From positions 1,056,001-1,120,000 of the forward strand of contig OZ001293.3 of assembly GCA_963921275.4 (NCBI GenBank): a DNA stretch of 64,000 nt, read 5' to 3'. Shown here one piece after another: positions 24,443 through 34,123 of this stretch (positions are counted from its first letter, which is position 1; each line of letters starts with the position of its first letter). This DNA comes from an uncultured Hormoscilla sp. (GTDB taxonomy: Bacteria > Cyanobacteriota > Cyanobacteriia > Cyanobacteriales > Desertifilaceae). The position numbers and the translations under genes were made by a program. The notes under the pieces are model-generated. The model made no database searches and had not been told where the DNA came from. It saw only the letters and a program-made list of their open reading frames with translations.

Positions 24443-26245
24443 TTGATGTACGACTTGATCAATCCCCAACTAACAAAAGGTTTCCTTACTACTTTTAAGT
24501 TTGCTTGGCGCTATTGGTCACAGCAGCCCTATTTAGTATTGCTGCTACTGGTATTAATGGCTTTTTATGCAATATTTGAGGTTTTAGTCCCAGTGATAAC
24601 TGGAAAGATAGTAGATAGTTTCACTAGCGCTACAGGGGACTGGCAAGCTATAGCATTGGTGCTAGCTTACCTGATTGGAGCCAGAATAATTGCCTACATT
24701 TTCCGCCAGTGCGCTGTTTTTATTTGGCATCACCAAGCCACGCAAATTATGGCAAAAATTGTTACCCACGCTTTTGATGTGGTACAGAGGATGAATACGA
24801 ACTGGCATACTAATAATTTTGCTGGCAGCACAGTGAGAAAAATTACGCGCGGTATGTGGGGTTTCGACCAATTTGGCGATACACTTTATCTAGCTATTTA
24901 CCCACATGTATTGGCAAATATTGCGGTTGCAGTTATTCTGTTTCAAAATGGTTGGGCGATTGGCATGCCGAGCGTACTTGGTTCGGTACTATTTCTCTAT
25001 GTCAGCGTTAAACTTTCCACAGATTATTTAGCGCCAGCTTTGGCGGAATCAAATCAACTTGACAGTCAAATTGGCGGGCTTTTATCTGATTCTATTACTT
25101 GTAATAGTGTGGTGAAGGCATTTGCCAGTGAAGAGAGGGAAAGAGAAAAATTAGTGGGCATTGCCGAACAATGGCGCGTTAAAACGAGGAAGGCTTGGTG
25201 GCGAATTGAAACGTTATTTTCTGTGCAAGTAACATTATTTATACTGATTGAAATTAGTTTGGCCGTCGTGTCTTTTTGGTCGTGGTTGCAAGGCTATTGT
25301 ACAGTAGGAGATATTGTAACAATTCTGGCAAGCTTTCAACTAGCTCAATCTCACATGAAAGAGCTTGGCAATGATATCCGTAACCTGCAACGTTCCATTA
25401 ATGATATGGAAGATATGATTGGCTTAGAAGAGATAGATGCAGAAATTCCTGAAGCTTCCGATGCATTGCCTTTAGAGGTAGAAGCAGGTGCTATTACTTT
25501 AGAGCGAGTAACTTTTGGCTATGAAAATCAAGAAAAGCCAATCTATCAACATTTTTCTTTATCTATTAAAAGCGGCGAAAAAATAGCTTTAGTGGGAGCT
25601 TTTGGCAGCGGCAAAAGCACTTTTATTAAGCTGATCCAACGGCTTTATGACGTCCAAGCAGGGACGATCTCTATTGATAATTACAACATCCGCCGCGTAA
25701 CTAAGCAAAGCTTGAGGAAGGCGATCGCTATGGTGCCTCAAGAACCTATCCTATTCCATCGCTCGATTCGAGAAAATATTGCCTATTGCAAACCCGACGC
25801 TACCCAGACAGAAATTGAAGATGCAGCGCGCCAAGCTTTTGCTCATGACTTTATTATGGGACTGTCAGAAGGGTACAATACAGAAGTTGGCGAAAGAGGA
25901 GTAAAGCTATCGGGCGGGGAGCGGCAACGGGTAGCAATTGCTCGGGCTATCTTGGCAGATTGTCCGATTCTGATTTTAGATGAAGCGACGAGCAGTTTAG
26001 ATTCTATTTCGGAAGCTTTAATTCAAAGGGCCCTGGCTAATTTGATGACAGGAAGAACAACAATTATTATTGCTCATCGACTTTCAACCATTAAAGCAGT
26101 TGACCGCATTCTGGTGTTTTCCCAAGGCAAGATTATTGAGGAAGGCAGTCATGAAATATTGCTGAGTCAAGTTGATAGCCACTATGGCATTCTCTATTCA
26201 CTTCAGTCTAAAGGTATGCTGCCCCTAGAAGGGGTATCAACTTAA
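24443..26245 (+). CDS. ABC exporter, fused permease/ATP-binding protein
   Basis: N-terminal TM helices; GAFGSGKST, LSGGERQRVAIARA, ILILDEATS, IIIAHRLST. Confidence 0.95.
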   Translation: MMYDLINPQLTKGFLTTFKFAWRYWSQQPYLVLLLLVLMAFYAIFEVLVPVITGKIVDSFTSATGDWQAIALVLAYLIGARIIAYIFRQCAVFIWHHQATQIMAKIVTHAFDVVQRMNTNWHTNNFAGSTVRKITRGMWGFDQFGDTLYLAIYPHVLANIAVAVILFQNGWAIGMPSVLGSVLFLYVSVKLSTDYLAPALAESNQLDSQIGGLLSDSITCNSVVKAFASEEREREKLVGIAEQWRVKTRKAWWRIETLFSVQVTLFILIEISLAVVSFWSWLQGYCTVGDIVTILASFQLAQSHMKELGNDIRNLQRSINDMEDMIGLEEIDAEIPEASDALPLEVEAGAITLERVTFGYENQEKPIYQHFSLSIKSGEKIALVGAFGSGKSTFIKLIQRLYDVQAGTISIDNYNIRRVTKQSLRKAIAMVPQEPILFHRSIRENIAYCKPDATQTEIEDAARQAFAHDFIMGLSEGYNTEVGERGVKLSGGERQRVAIARAILADCPILILDEATSSLDSISEALIQRALANLMTGRTTIIIAHRLSTIKAVDRILVFSQGKIIEEGSHEILLSQVDSHYGILYSLQSKGMLPLEGVST

Positions 26246-26490
26246 GCCGGGAAAAGAGAAAGAGGATTTCTGGTATATAGCATTTCTCGAAATCATGAGG
26301 TACAGCGTCCTGCGATGGAAGCTAAGCAGTTCGCAGTTCGCAGTTCGCAGTTATTTTCCGAGCCGGAGATCTCCAGCTACCAAAGGGTAACAGCGAGTAT
26401 TACGATATTACATAATGTGCAATTTAAATGCACGACAGCTTAGTGATAGCAAAGCTTTCACTGTACCTCACCTTATTGAGAAGTGCTATA

Positions 26491-26700
26491 ACCCACATTC
26501 CGCACGACAATTTGTAACATACTAAGTAATATGTAATGGTACGGTACGATTGCCATTGCACGACAATTTGTAATACGTAATATATTTGGCGATTTGGCAA
26601 ACACAAGGTAGAAATATTTATACGCATATGAGCTTTTCTGTTTGCCAAATCGCCAAGCGCTTGTAATCATATATACTACAAATAGTATATATGTAGGTTA
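26491..26700. mobile_element. ~210-bp AT-rich MITE family (ends CCxACATTCCGCACGACAA / TTGTCGTGCGGAATGTAGG); copies also at ~28722-28995, 33911-34120, 54397-56968 (intron-split) and 63388-63603
   Basis: Five diverged copies share internal blocks (TTGTAACAT...AATATAT.TGG.GATTTGGC...TATACG.ATA.GAG...TGTAATCAT); the TIRs are clearest in the 63.4 kb copy. Confidence 0.75.
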
Positions 26701-27185
26701 CATAGGGCTTGCTGAAAAAGGCTACAGGGCGAATCTAGACGCCACACAGCTTACTACACCGTCGGTCTATCACTCGGCTCCAAGCAGTAACCCCCCGGAA
26801 ATGCTCCGATTTTGGGGACTCGGAAAGCAAAACCTTGCACAATGCAAGCAAAAAAAACGCCAAAACCCTTACATTACATAGTCAGATTTACAGCTTTCTG
26901 ATGCAATCCCTACATAATCTGCAAATCTGCGCTTCCTGTCAGGGGTACAGAGCTCTTACATAGAAAACGTTAGTGTCAGTCTTTTTTTTGTCAATCCCTT
27001 CTGCTGGACCGACGCTCTAGTCTTCACGCGATCGAGGGGCTTACCCATGCCAGTTGAGAAAAGCGCAGTTCCTGACCGTTCGGAGTATAGAATGAAATCA
27101 TCATGTGTTCGGAGCTACATCAGTCCTAAGCCTCGACAAAACCGGCGAACAATACAGCATACTGGTAAATCCGGAACCTTATTTA

Positions 27186-27257
27186 TGGGTCGCCCGGGAT
27201 TTGAACCCGGAACTAATCGGTTAAAAGCCGAGTACTCTACCATTGAGTTAGCGACCC
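27186..27257 (-). tRNA. trnK: tRNA-Lys (UUU)
   Basis: Minus strand GGGTCGCTAACTCAATGGTAGAGTACTCGGCTTTTAACCGATTAGTTCCGGGTTCAAATCCCGGGCGACCCA; cloverleaf with anticodon TTT. Confidence 0.97.
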
Positions 27258-27299
27258 TTGATTTTCCTTTCTTTTTCAAGATAACACAGATTTCTCCAA

Positions 27300-28179
27300 G
27301 TGGGAAGGGGTATTTACAAAAATTTTGCCGCGATCCGTACAAAAGTTTCCATCTGGGCCCCCGGTTCCAGGGTGAGCAGGTTTTCGCCGGTATTCGTTGC
27401 GGGGACCGGTCCAGGGTTCGAGGCAATAGAAATCTTTGCCCTTAACTGTCCAAAAAACAAGGGTAGAGTAGGTATCGTCCCAGGTCACGATCAGTTGTAA
27501 CTGCCGGCTATGGTCTGTCACGCTAGCGGACTTGCTAGTGAGATCCCGAAAGGCCACATCAATTTCATCCTGGTTGAAGTCAAAGACACCGTTGAAGGGA
27601 TGGAACTCTTGGCTGCCCTTTTCTTGGTACTGGTCTGCTGGGATGTCAATGTCCAGCTGGCTTTTATCATCAACTAGGAAGTAGGGATGAAATCCTGCCG
27701 AAAAGGGCATCTCTGAGGCCGATCTATTTTCGTAACGTTGCTTTATTTCCAGGCTGTTCCCCTTTAGCTGATAAGTGAAGCAGACGTTAAAGTCAAAGGG
27801 ATAAACAGTGCGAGTCTGTGAGTTGCTGTCTAAAACGAGGGTGAGAGAAGCTAGGTCATTCGTGACTTTATCTGTTACTTTCCAAGGCAGTTCGCGGGTG
27901 AAACCATGTTGTTTGAGAGTATATTCTTTCCCCAGATGGATGTAGGTGTTGTCGGGTAAGTTACCACAGATGGAGGAATAAAATCGGAATACCTCCCCGA
28001 ACACTTAAGTCGGAGTTTTTTAACCGTTCGCTGTCCAGATAGAATATTTCCTGACCTTGCAGTTGCCAGTGGGTGATTATTCCACCTAGTTCTGGCACTA
28101 CCTCCAGTCGAGACAGTGCGGTTTTGTCAGAAAGAATGTAGGTTTTGTATTGTTCGTGTTTTACTGCGATCTCATACAT
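27300..28179 (-). pseudogene. Aldose 1-epimerase family protein, frameshifted
   Basis: 27961-28179 (VVPELGG...SVRGGIPILF) and 27276-28004 (ICGNLP..QHGFTR..GFHPYF..FYCLEPWTGPRN) lie in different frames; a further shift is likely near the 3' end. Confidence 0.85.
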
Positions 28180-28216
28180 GGCGTTTTCTCTCGTTGGGGA
28201 CTCGTGGTTTAATATA

Positions 28217-28359
28217 ACTCAAGTTGCTACCTATTAAAATTGCTACGTCCCAGACAGCCATTTTTTGCAAATATATCCGAAAAAATGCCATTTTGGGGTA
28301 AGTCACAAGGCATTTTTTGCTGATTTTGGTGTTGAGGTTCTATAGGTAGCAACTTAGGT
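28217..28359. mobile_element. IS982-derived MITE with TAATATA target duplication
   Basis: Ends ACTCAAGTTGCTACCTAT / ATAGGTAGCAACTTAGGT match the IS at 44895-45906; flanked on both sides by TAATATA. Confidence 0.85.
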
Positions 28360-28999
28360 TAATATAGAAGTTGCTCTTATTAGTGTGATATGTGGTCAAT
28401 CGCTGAAACCCATATGCTGTATGCGATTTACCGTGTACCGTCTATATGATATCGTACCACATCAATCTGAGAAACGCTATAACAATACTTCGGACACTTT
28501 TTCAATGGCAACGGTATAATGAGGGTTTCGGACTCCGATATCGCCCCACTCACCAACGCTAGAATGCTGGTTTCAGCCGTTCTCCTAAAATTGTCCGGAC
28601 TATTGTTAATAATGTACCAGTTATTTCGCTACTCCTTCGAGAAATTGATGGTATAGCTGATATTGTATTTCTGCGCAAGTCCATTGTGATATTAACATGA
28701 ACGTTCGCAATAAGCTCATAAAACCAACATTCTGCAGTACAAAGTATATTGCGTAATGATTACAAATACTTGGTGATTTTGCGAACCATAAACTTGATAA
28801 GCTGTCGCGCATCTAAACTGCATATTCGGGCTGTCGATCAAATCGTGGCAACCTTCGACCCATAAGCGCTTCAGCCAAAATGGCTATTTTTTACTATGCA
28901 GTTTAAATGCATCAGTATAAATATTTATATGTTATAATTTCCAAATAACCAGATATATTACGCATTACCAAATGTATTACAATGGCAATCCAACCCAGG

Positions 29000-29359
29000 A
29001 ATTCCGTCAGGCCGAACTGATGCCAATATTGATTTTTTGGCACTATAGAAGCCTATAAAAATGCTCGTCAAGTCGCTGCTCATGCTCTTTTGACACCGGT
29101 TGAGCGTTCAAGTGGCTCTTCGGTACTTGGGTTACCCAGGCTGTCACGAACGGGTAATGCCCGGGCTCGGTTGCGTAATGCTTTGTATTGGCCTGCTATT
29201 GTCGCCATGCGACATAATCCCTTGCTTAAAGCGTTCAGTGAGCGGTTGCTGAGTCGGGGCAAGGTAAAGATGCTCTTCTTTGGAGCGGTGATGCGTAAGT
29301 TGTTACATTTGGCTTTTGGAATTTTCAAATCCCAAAAGCCCTTTGACCCCAATTTTTGA
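29000..29359 (+). pseudogene. IS110-family transposase, C-terminal fragment
   Basis: TPVERSSGSSV..RLSRTGNAR..LRNALYWPAIVAMRHNP...AVMRKLLHLAFG. Confidence 0.85.
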
Positions 29360-29560
29360 TCGACAACCCCTTGACAGGTAACACAGTATCTACAGAGCAA
29401 AAGTTGTCCGTTGTAGGTCACGCCGAGCCGATCGCCCCTTATCCAAGCTAGCGCGTAGCGCACTGCGTATTAAGATACTTCCAGAATACGCGATCGATGG
29501 TCACCATCTTTCCTAATGTCAAGCCTACAGATGCACCCGATGTACAGATGCACCCGTTGT

Positions 29561-29625
29561 CAATTCTCAATTCTCAATTCTCAATTCTCCATTCTCAATT
29601 CTCCATTTCCAATTCTCCATTCTCA
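29561..29625. repeat. Heptamer tandem repeat (CAATTCT)n, STRR-like; similar at 50391-50417 and (GCAGTTC)n at ~26325
   Basis: Read directly from the sequence. Confidence 0.85.
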
Positions 29626-29634
29626 AGGATATAA

Positions 29635-31347
29635 TCAAAATTGGAAGTTAATATTGAAGTTGAAACCGCGCTCTTGAGCATTGTTACCGCGATCGTCCAG
29701 ACGAACCAAAGGCAAAGCATAGTCAAACCGCATCTGGAGTCCCTCAAGTTCCAAGGATAATCCCAAACCGACACTAGCGAGAAAGTTCTGTTCTCGTAAA
29801 GAATTGGGATTATCAGGTTGATTCCAGACCATGCCCAGATCGAGAAAGGGTATCAGCTGTAGAGTCAAATTATCTGTAACATCCCGCTGCACGGTAATCC
29901 TGTCTTCAATAGAGACCCTAAATCCATTATCTGCTAACCGTGCATTTTGTCTATAGCCCCTGACCGATTGGCCACCGCCAATCGAAAACTGCCGGGAAGA
30001 TAAGAGGCTATCAGGAGTCAACTGTAGGTCAGTCTGCAAAATCAGTAAATGGTCTGCTCCCAAACGTTGAACCCGCCTGCCAGAAAAAACCCAACTGAAG
30101 AAATGTCCATCGGGAATCGGGTCAGGATTTATTGTAGCATCTAATAAGCCCGTGCCGAAACTAAACTGCGAGCGCAGCGCCCACGCGCTATTAACTTCAC
30201 GCCGCAAGAAAGAGGTGCTTAGTTGCACCACACTGGTACGACTTTTCCCATCTTCATCGGGTCCTGAACCAATGCCAAACAGTTGATTTTCAGGGATAAA
30301 AGTTTGACCACTTTGGTGAGAAAACCAGACCTGTAAGGATAATTCTTCTATTCTCCCTTCACGGATGTTCTGCACTAGAGGTTGCTGATAATTTATCTCA
30401 AAAGCCCTGGCTTGACCCCGAATACCTAACTCCTGAAATGGGTCCGCAGTGATAGCATAGCGATTACCTGCTATCCTGAAGACGATCGCGCCATCTCTAG
30501 GATTAAGAGGAACCTGATAATCAAAGGAATAAGCATTAGCACCGCCTGTAGTAGTGCGGCTATAGGATGCGGCCAACTCATCTCCAATACCAATTAAATT
30601 ATGATAGCGGACAACACCGCCAAATCGTTCGCTGCCAATACTGGGATGCGAAGAGTTATCAACAAACAAGCTAGTATTCTCATGCTTTGCCTCTGTAACG
30701 CGAACCATGAGAATACTCTTACCGATATCACTGCCTGCCCGCAGACTAGCTTCCACATTTTCAAACATCCGATTAAGATTCAGCAATCTTAACCTCTCTT
30801 CCAGGGTACTGCTATTGAGAGGTATCTTAGCACCAAGACGTATCCGCGATCGGATGTAATCGGGATTGACTCGGCGGGTTCCTTCTACCTCGATCGACTC
30901 CAGAGACCCTTCGATCACCCGAATCTGCACGACCCCTGCGGTAATCTCCTGATCTGGTACAATAGCCCTAGAGTTTATAAAGCCCCCGTTGAGGTACAAT
31001 TTGGTAATGAGATCGGCTGTTTGAGTTATTTCTTTGAGTGTAACATAACGCCCCTCCAAAGGTTGGACGATCGGGTCAATGACATCAGCACCGAAAATAG
31101 TACTACCTGTGACTAAAATTTTCTCGATCGCAATCTTCGGTTCCGGTTCTGGCGATTGGTTTGATATTGCATCATGAGAGGATATAGAAGGCGAACTTGC
31201 CCAACTATTGGTAATACAGGCAAGAACAACCAAACTAGAAATTAACAACCCATATCCACAGGATATCGCCCCCGCAGCCTTTTCGTTGGTGACGGGCAGA
31301 TCCTGAGCCTTTTCGTTCCCAGACAGAGCCCTTGTCATTACCCACAT
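29635..31347 (-). CDS. ShlB/FhaC/HecB-family (TpsB-like) outer-membrane protein with POTRA domains
   Basis: ITKLYLNGGFINSRA, GVVQIRVIEGSLE, FSIGGGQSVRGY, C-terminal Phe. Confidence 0.92.
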   Translation of the reverse strand: MWVMTRALSGNEKAQDLPVTNEKAAGAISCGYGLLISSLVVLACITNSWASSPSISSHDAISNQSPEPEPKIAIEKILVTGSTIFGADVIDPIVQPLEGRYVTLKEITQTADLITKLYLNGGFINSRAIVPDQEITAGVVQIRVIEGSLESIEVEGTRRVNPDYIRSRIRLGAKIPLNSSTLEERLRLLNLNRMFENVEASLRAGSDIGKSILMVRVTEAKHENTSLFVDNSSHPSIGSERFGGVVRYHNLIGIGDELAASYSRTTTGGANAYSFDYQVPLNPRDGAIVFRIAGNRYAITADPFQELGIRGQARAFEINYQQPLVQNIREGRIEELSLQVWFSHQSGQTFIPENQLFGIGSGPDEDGKSRTSVVQLSTSFLRREVNSAWALRSQFSFGTGLLDATINPDPIPDGHFFSWVFSGRRVQRLGADHLLILQTDLQLTPDSLLSSRQFSIGGGQSVRGYRQNARLADNGFRVSIEDRITVQRDVTDNLTLQLIPFLDLGMVWNQPDNPNSLREQNFLASVGLGLSLELEGLQMRFDYALPLVRLDDRGNNAQERGFNFNINFQF

Positions 31348-31383
31348 TTTTTAAGTAATCTTTTAGATCGGGCATCGGTAGTG

Positions 31384-31465
31384 GTTCAACTAAGCCGGGG
31401 AGTCGCCTCCCCGAGGAGTCTCCAAAACCGTGCTTGATAGTTTCCCATCACAGGGCTCCTCAATG
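31384..31465 (-). mobile_element. Group II intron 3' remnant (domains V-VI only)
   Basis: Minus strand TGAGGAGCCCTGTGATGGGAAACTATCAAGCACGGTTTTGGAGAC...GGGGAGGCGACTCCCCGGCTTAGTTGAAC, the same architecture as the ends of the two full introns. Confidence 0.85.
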
Positions 31466-32920
31466 GCGTCGTTGACCTGGTTTTTGATATTTTTGCTCCC
31501 AAGCCTGGAGTAGATGTGAGGTTTTCACTGATGTCAGAGGTGATTCGGCTACAGCATAGAAGGCTGCTTGACGGGCCAGTTCCTTTATTTCTCCCCCACT
31601 CAAGCGCCAGCGCTGGGCCAGAAACTGCCAATCTATGTCAGGATCTAGGGGGACTTGGGCCGGAAATGCCTGTTGCCACAACTGCAGCCTCGCGCCTTCG
31701 TGAGGTAAGGGAAATTCGATTATCCGGTCTAATTGTCGCACGATGCTGGGTTTTACCGTTTGTCGCTGTTCCACCGTCAGCAGGGTAATACAATGCTCCG
31801 AAGATCGCTGGTGCATGAATTGGTTGATTTCAGTTGCCGTCAGACTGCCATTGCGACCCAACCACTCTTGTGTCGATTTTACCAGTAATACCCTTGGCGA
31901 TGTTGCCATTATTTCTGCCCATACTTGCTTTTGACCATAGCTGTCCAGTAAAGCTAAATCCGTCGTTACTAAAGGTCTTTGTAAGCTATGGGCGATCGTC
32001 TGGGCTGCTGTTGTTTTACCTGTACCAGCTGGTCCTTTTAATAATACCACTATGCCCGCCGATTCATTGCGTTCAAATCCCCAGACAATATCTACCTGGG
32101 ACTGTAATTGCCACTGTCTGCATATATGTTGCAAAGAGCCCAACTGTTCTGCGGGCAAAATCAAATCTGACCAATGTTTCGGAATACGGCTAATTTCCAA
32201 TATCGAAGACAATTTCTTCTTCTTTTCGAGTACCAAGCTTTCTAGCACTTGCGGGTCGGGGGAAGCAGCTAGCAGGTAATTCACTAGTCTCTCGTCTAGT
32301 TTAAGCCTGCGTTCCAGAAGGGTTTGAGCATTAGCATTTAGGAGTTCTACTAAACCTAGCTTAATTAAGGGAGAATTGCTCGTCAAGCGAGCGCGCGCAT
32401 CTCGCCAGTCCGTGTCATTACGACACAGCAGCCGAAACACTAAGTCCACTGTCGGCAGACTTTCTCCTTCCGTTCCTTGCAGGTAGCCATAAAGCTGTCC
32501 ATAGCGGCGATTTACTTCTGGTGCTAGAGTAATGAGCGCCAGATTTTTCTCGAATAGGGTCAAAGCCGCCCGATCGCGCAGGCAAGGTAATCCCAGCACT
32601 ATCCCCTGAGCATAACTTGCTTGAATTCTCGCTTGCAACTGTTCCTGATAGCTATTTGGGAGCGGGGGGTTAGTTAGCCCTGGGATATTAGGTTGTCTCT
32701 GGTGTTTGTCATCATTTCCTATTTGCTTTTCCAGGGAGATCAACCCCTTCCACCAGTGACTCGTCGCTTGGTCCACTTTCGACTTGGCAACTCGATCGAT
32801 TTCTTTGACATCTTGTAGCTGTCGCGCCACTGCTAACCTGAGCAAGCGGTCTAGCCAGCTTAATTCTAGTCTCAGATAAGCCCAATTATCAGCAAGAGCT
32901 AAAGTCTGATTACCTACCAT
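31460..32920 (-). CDS. AAA-family ATPase with an N-terminal winged-helix-like region
   Basis: LAPEVNRRY..LY.YLQ, WSDLILP, GPAGTGKT, LSGGEI; Walker B appears degenerate. Confidence 0.85.
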   Translation of the reverse strand: MVGNQTLALADNWAYLRLELSWLDRLLRLAVARQLQDVKEIDRVAKSKVDQATSHWWKGLISLEKQIGNDDKHQRQPNIPGLTNPPLPNSYQEQLQARIQASYAQGIVLGLPCLRDRAALTLFEKNLALITLAPEVNRRYGQLYGYLQGTEGESLPTVDLVFRLLCRNDTDWRDARARLTSNSPLIKLGLVELLNANAQTLLERRLKLDERLVNYLLAASPDPQVLESLVLEKKKKLSSILEISRIPKHWSDLILPAEQLGSLQHICRQWQLQSQVDIVWGFERNESAGIVVLLKGPAGTGKTTAAQTIAHSLQRPLVTTDLALLDSYGQKQVWAEIMATSPRVLLVKSTQEWLGRNGSLTATEINQFMHQRSSEHCITLLTVEQRQTVKPSIVRQLDRIIEFPLPHEGARLQLWQQAFPAQVPLDPDIDWQFLAQRWRLSGGEIKELARQAAFYAVAESPLTSVKTSHLLQAWEQKYQKPGQRRH

Positions 32921-33350
32921 TGGCCAACATCCGTATAAATTCTAGAGGCAACGAGTCCGTGTCCGCTATAAAGGCCACTTCGTAAACCCGATCGCCGATC
33001 ATTTGCTGAGTAGGCTCCAGTAGTACCTGCATTGGTGGCAGCTGCCCTGAGTCCCTCAAGCGTCCGGCCAAGGCTGCCAACCAGCTGGGTAAGTCAGTTG
33101 TCACCTCCGTCAGATCGAAGCATAAGTGGTAATATCCAGTATAATGTTCATCGCCAAAAGCATCTACTGCCGGACGCGGTTCCGGAATTTGAATCAGTTC
33201 GATGCGCCCTCCCAACCCTTCCATCCAGCAGGCCAGAGTCATCCCAGTAGTAAACCGTTCCTTTACCGCCAAGCCTAGCTGTTCGTAGAAGGCGATCGCC
33301 TGGTGTATATTCGCAGTACGGATGGATACATGATGCATTTGACTGGTCAC
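32910..33350 (-). CDS. VOC/glyoxalase-family protein
   Basis: MHHVSIRTANIHQAIAFYE, RIELIQ, GYYHLCFD, FIADTDSLPLEF. Confidence 0.9.
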   Translation of the reverse strand: MTSQMHHVSIRTANIHQAIAFYEQLGLAVKERFTTGMTLACWMEGLGGRIELIQIPEPRPAVDAFGDEHYTGYYHLCFDLTEVTTDLPSWLAALAGRLRDSGQLPPMQVLLEPTQQMIGDRVYEVAFIADTDSLPLEFIRMLANGR

Positions 33351-33856
33351 TCAAATAGGCGGAAATAGGGATAACGCACTGGCGTGCCCGATTCTTTTTC
33401 TAAGTCAAAATTTATTACTTCCCAGCAAGGTTCATCTGCCGGGTCTGGACTAAAGGAGACTGGCAAACCATAAAGCTGGAGTGGCTGTGGTTCTATCTGG
33501 GGGCGCCAAGGAATGCTACGTTCTAGATAGGAGCCAATCAACTCTTTATAGCGCATTGTAATAATCACTCGCGTTGCCCGGTATCCTTGAGTATAGAGCC
33601 GATCGAGGGCTTCGTGGATTTCAAACCTAATCCCATCGGGATGGGTATGCTGCCGATACCATTGGTCGTTCCAGCGACGCCAGTGACGCCCTGACTGGAG
33701 GTGGACGAGTTCACCGGTTTTCGAGTCTGCCTCAAATGCACCATGACGGGGGCATAGATAACTATCCATCAGGGTCAACGCTGGTATCATCTGGCGGCAA
33801 TGTGGGCATTGAATCTCTGCCCCAAATATGGGGTATTGTAATCCTGGATTGGTCAT
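33347..33856 (-). CDS. Conserved cyanobacterial protein (TIGR02652 family); likely start MTNPGLQYPIFG
   Basis: LQYPIFG.EI.CPHCRQ.IPALTL.D.YLCPRHGAFE...RQHTHPDGIRFEIHEALDRL...RYPYFRLFE. Confidence 0.85.
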   Translation of the reverse strand: MTNPGLQYPIFGAEIQCPHCRQMIPALTLMDSYLCPRHGAFEADSKTGELVHLQSGRHWRRWNDQWYRQHTHPDGIRFEIHEALDRLYTQGYRATRVIITMRYKELIGSYLERSIPWRPQIEPQPLQLYGLPVSFSPDPADEPCWEVINFDLEKESGTPVRYPYFRLFE

Positions 33857-34123
33857 CGGGCACTCAAGAGCATAATGAACTCTGGACCTGCTACCAGTTA
33901 TTTTATTATAATCTACATTCCGCACGGACAAATTTTTGACGTAATGATGACAAACAGCTTGTGATTTTACTAACCGAAAATTTCATATTCGTATAAATAA
34001 ATACACTTTTTTTTTCTAAATTGTCAGAGCTAGTACGGATTACAAAAAGTAGTGTAATAGTAATCTAACCGATAAATTATGTAATATTATACTACAACTT
34101 GTAGTGCTAAAAGTGGGTTATAA

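Noticed and set aside
27047..27445. 132-aa and 103-aa ORFs near 27.1-27.4 kb
   Set aside because: They overlap tRNA-Lys and the epimerase end; shadow ORFs.
31460..32920. AAA ATPase as part of a contractile injection system
   Set aside because: No sheath, tube or baseplate genes are nearby; it lies in an ordinary TIGR02652-VOC gene string.
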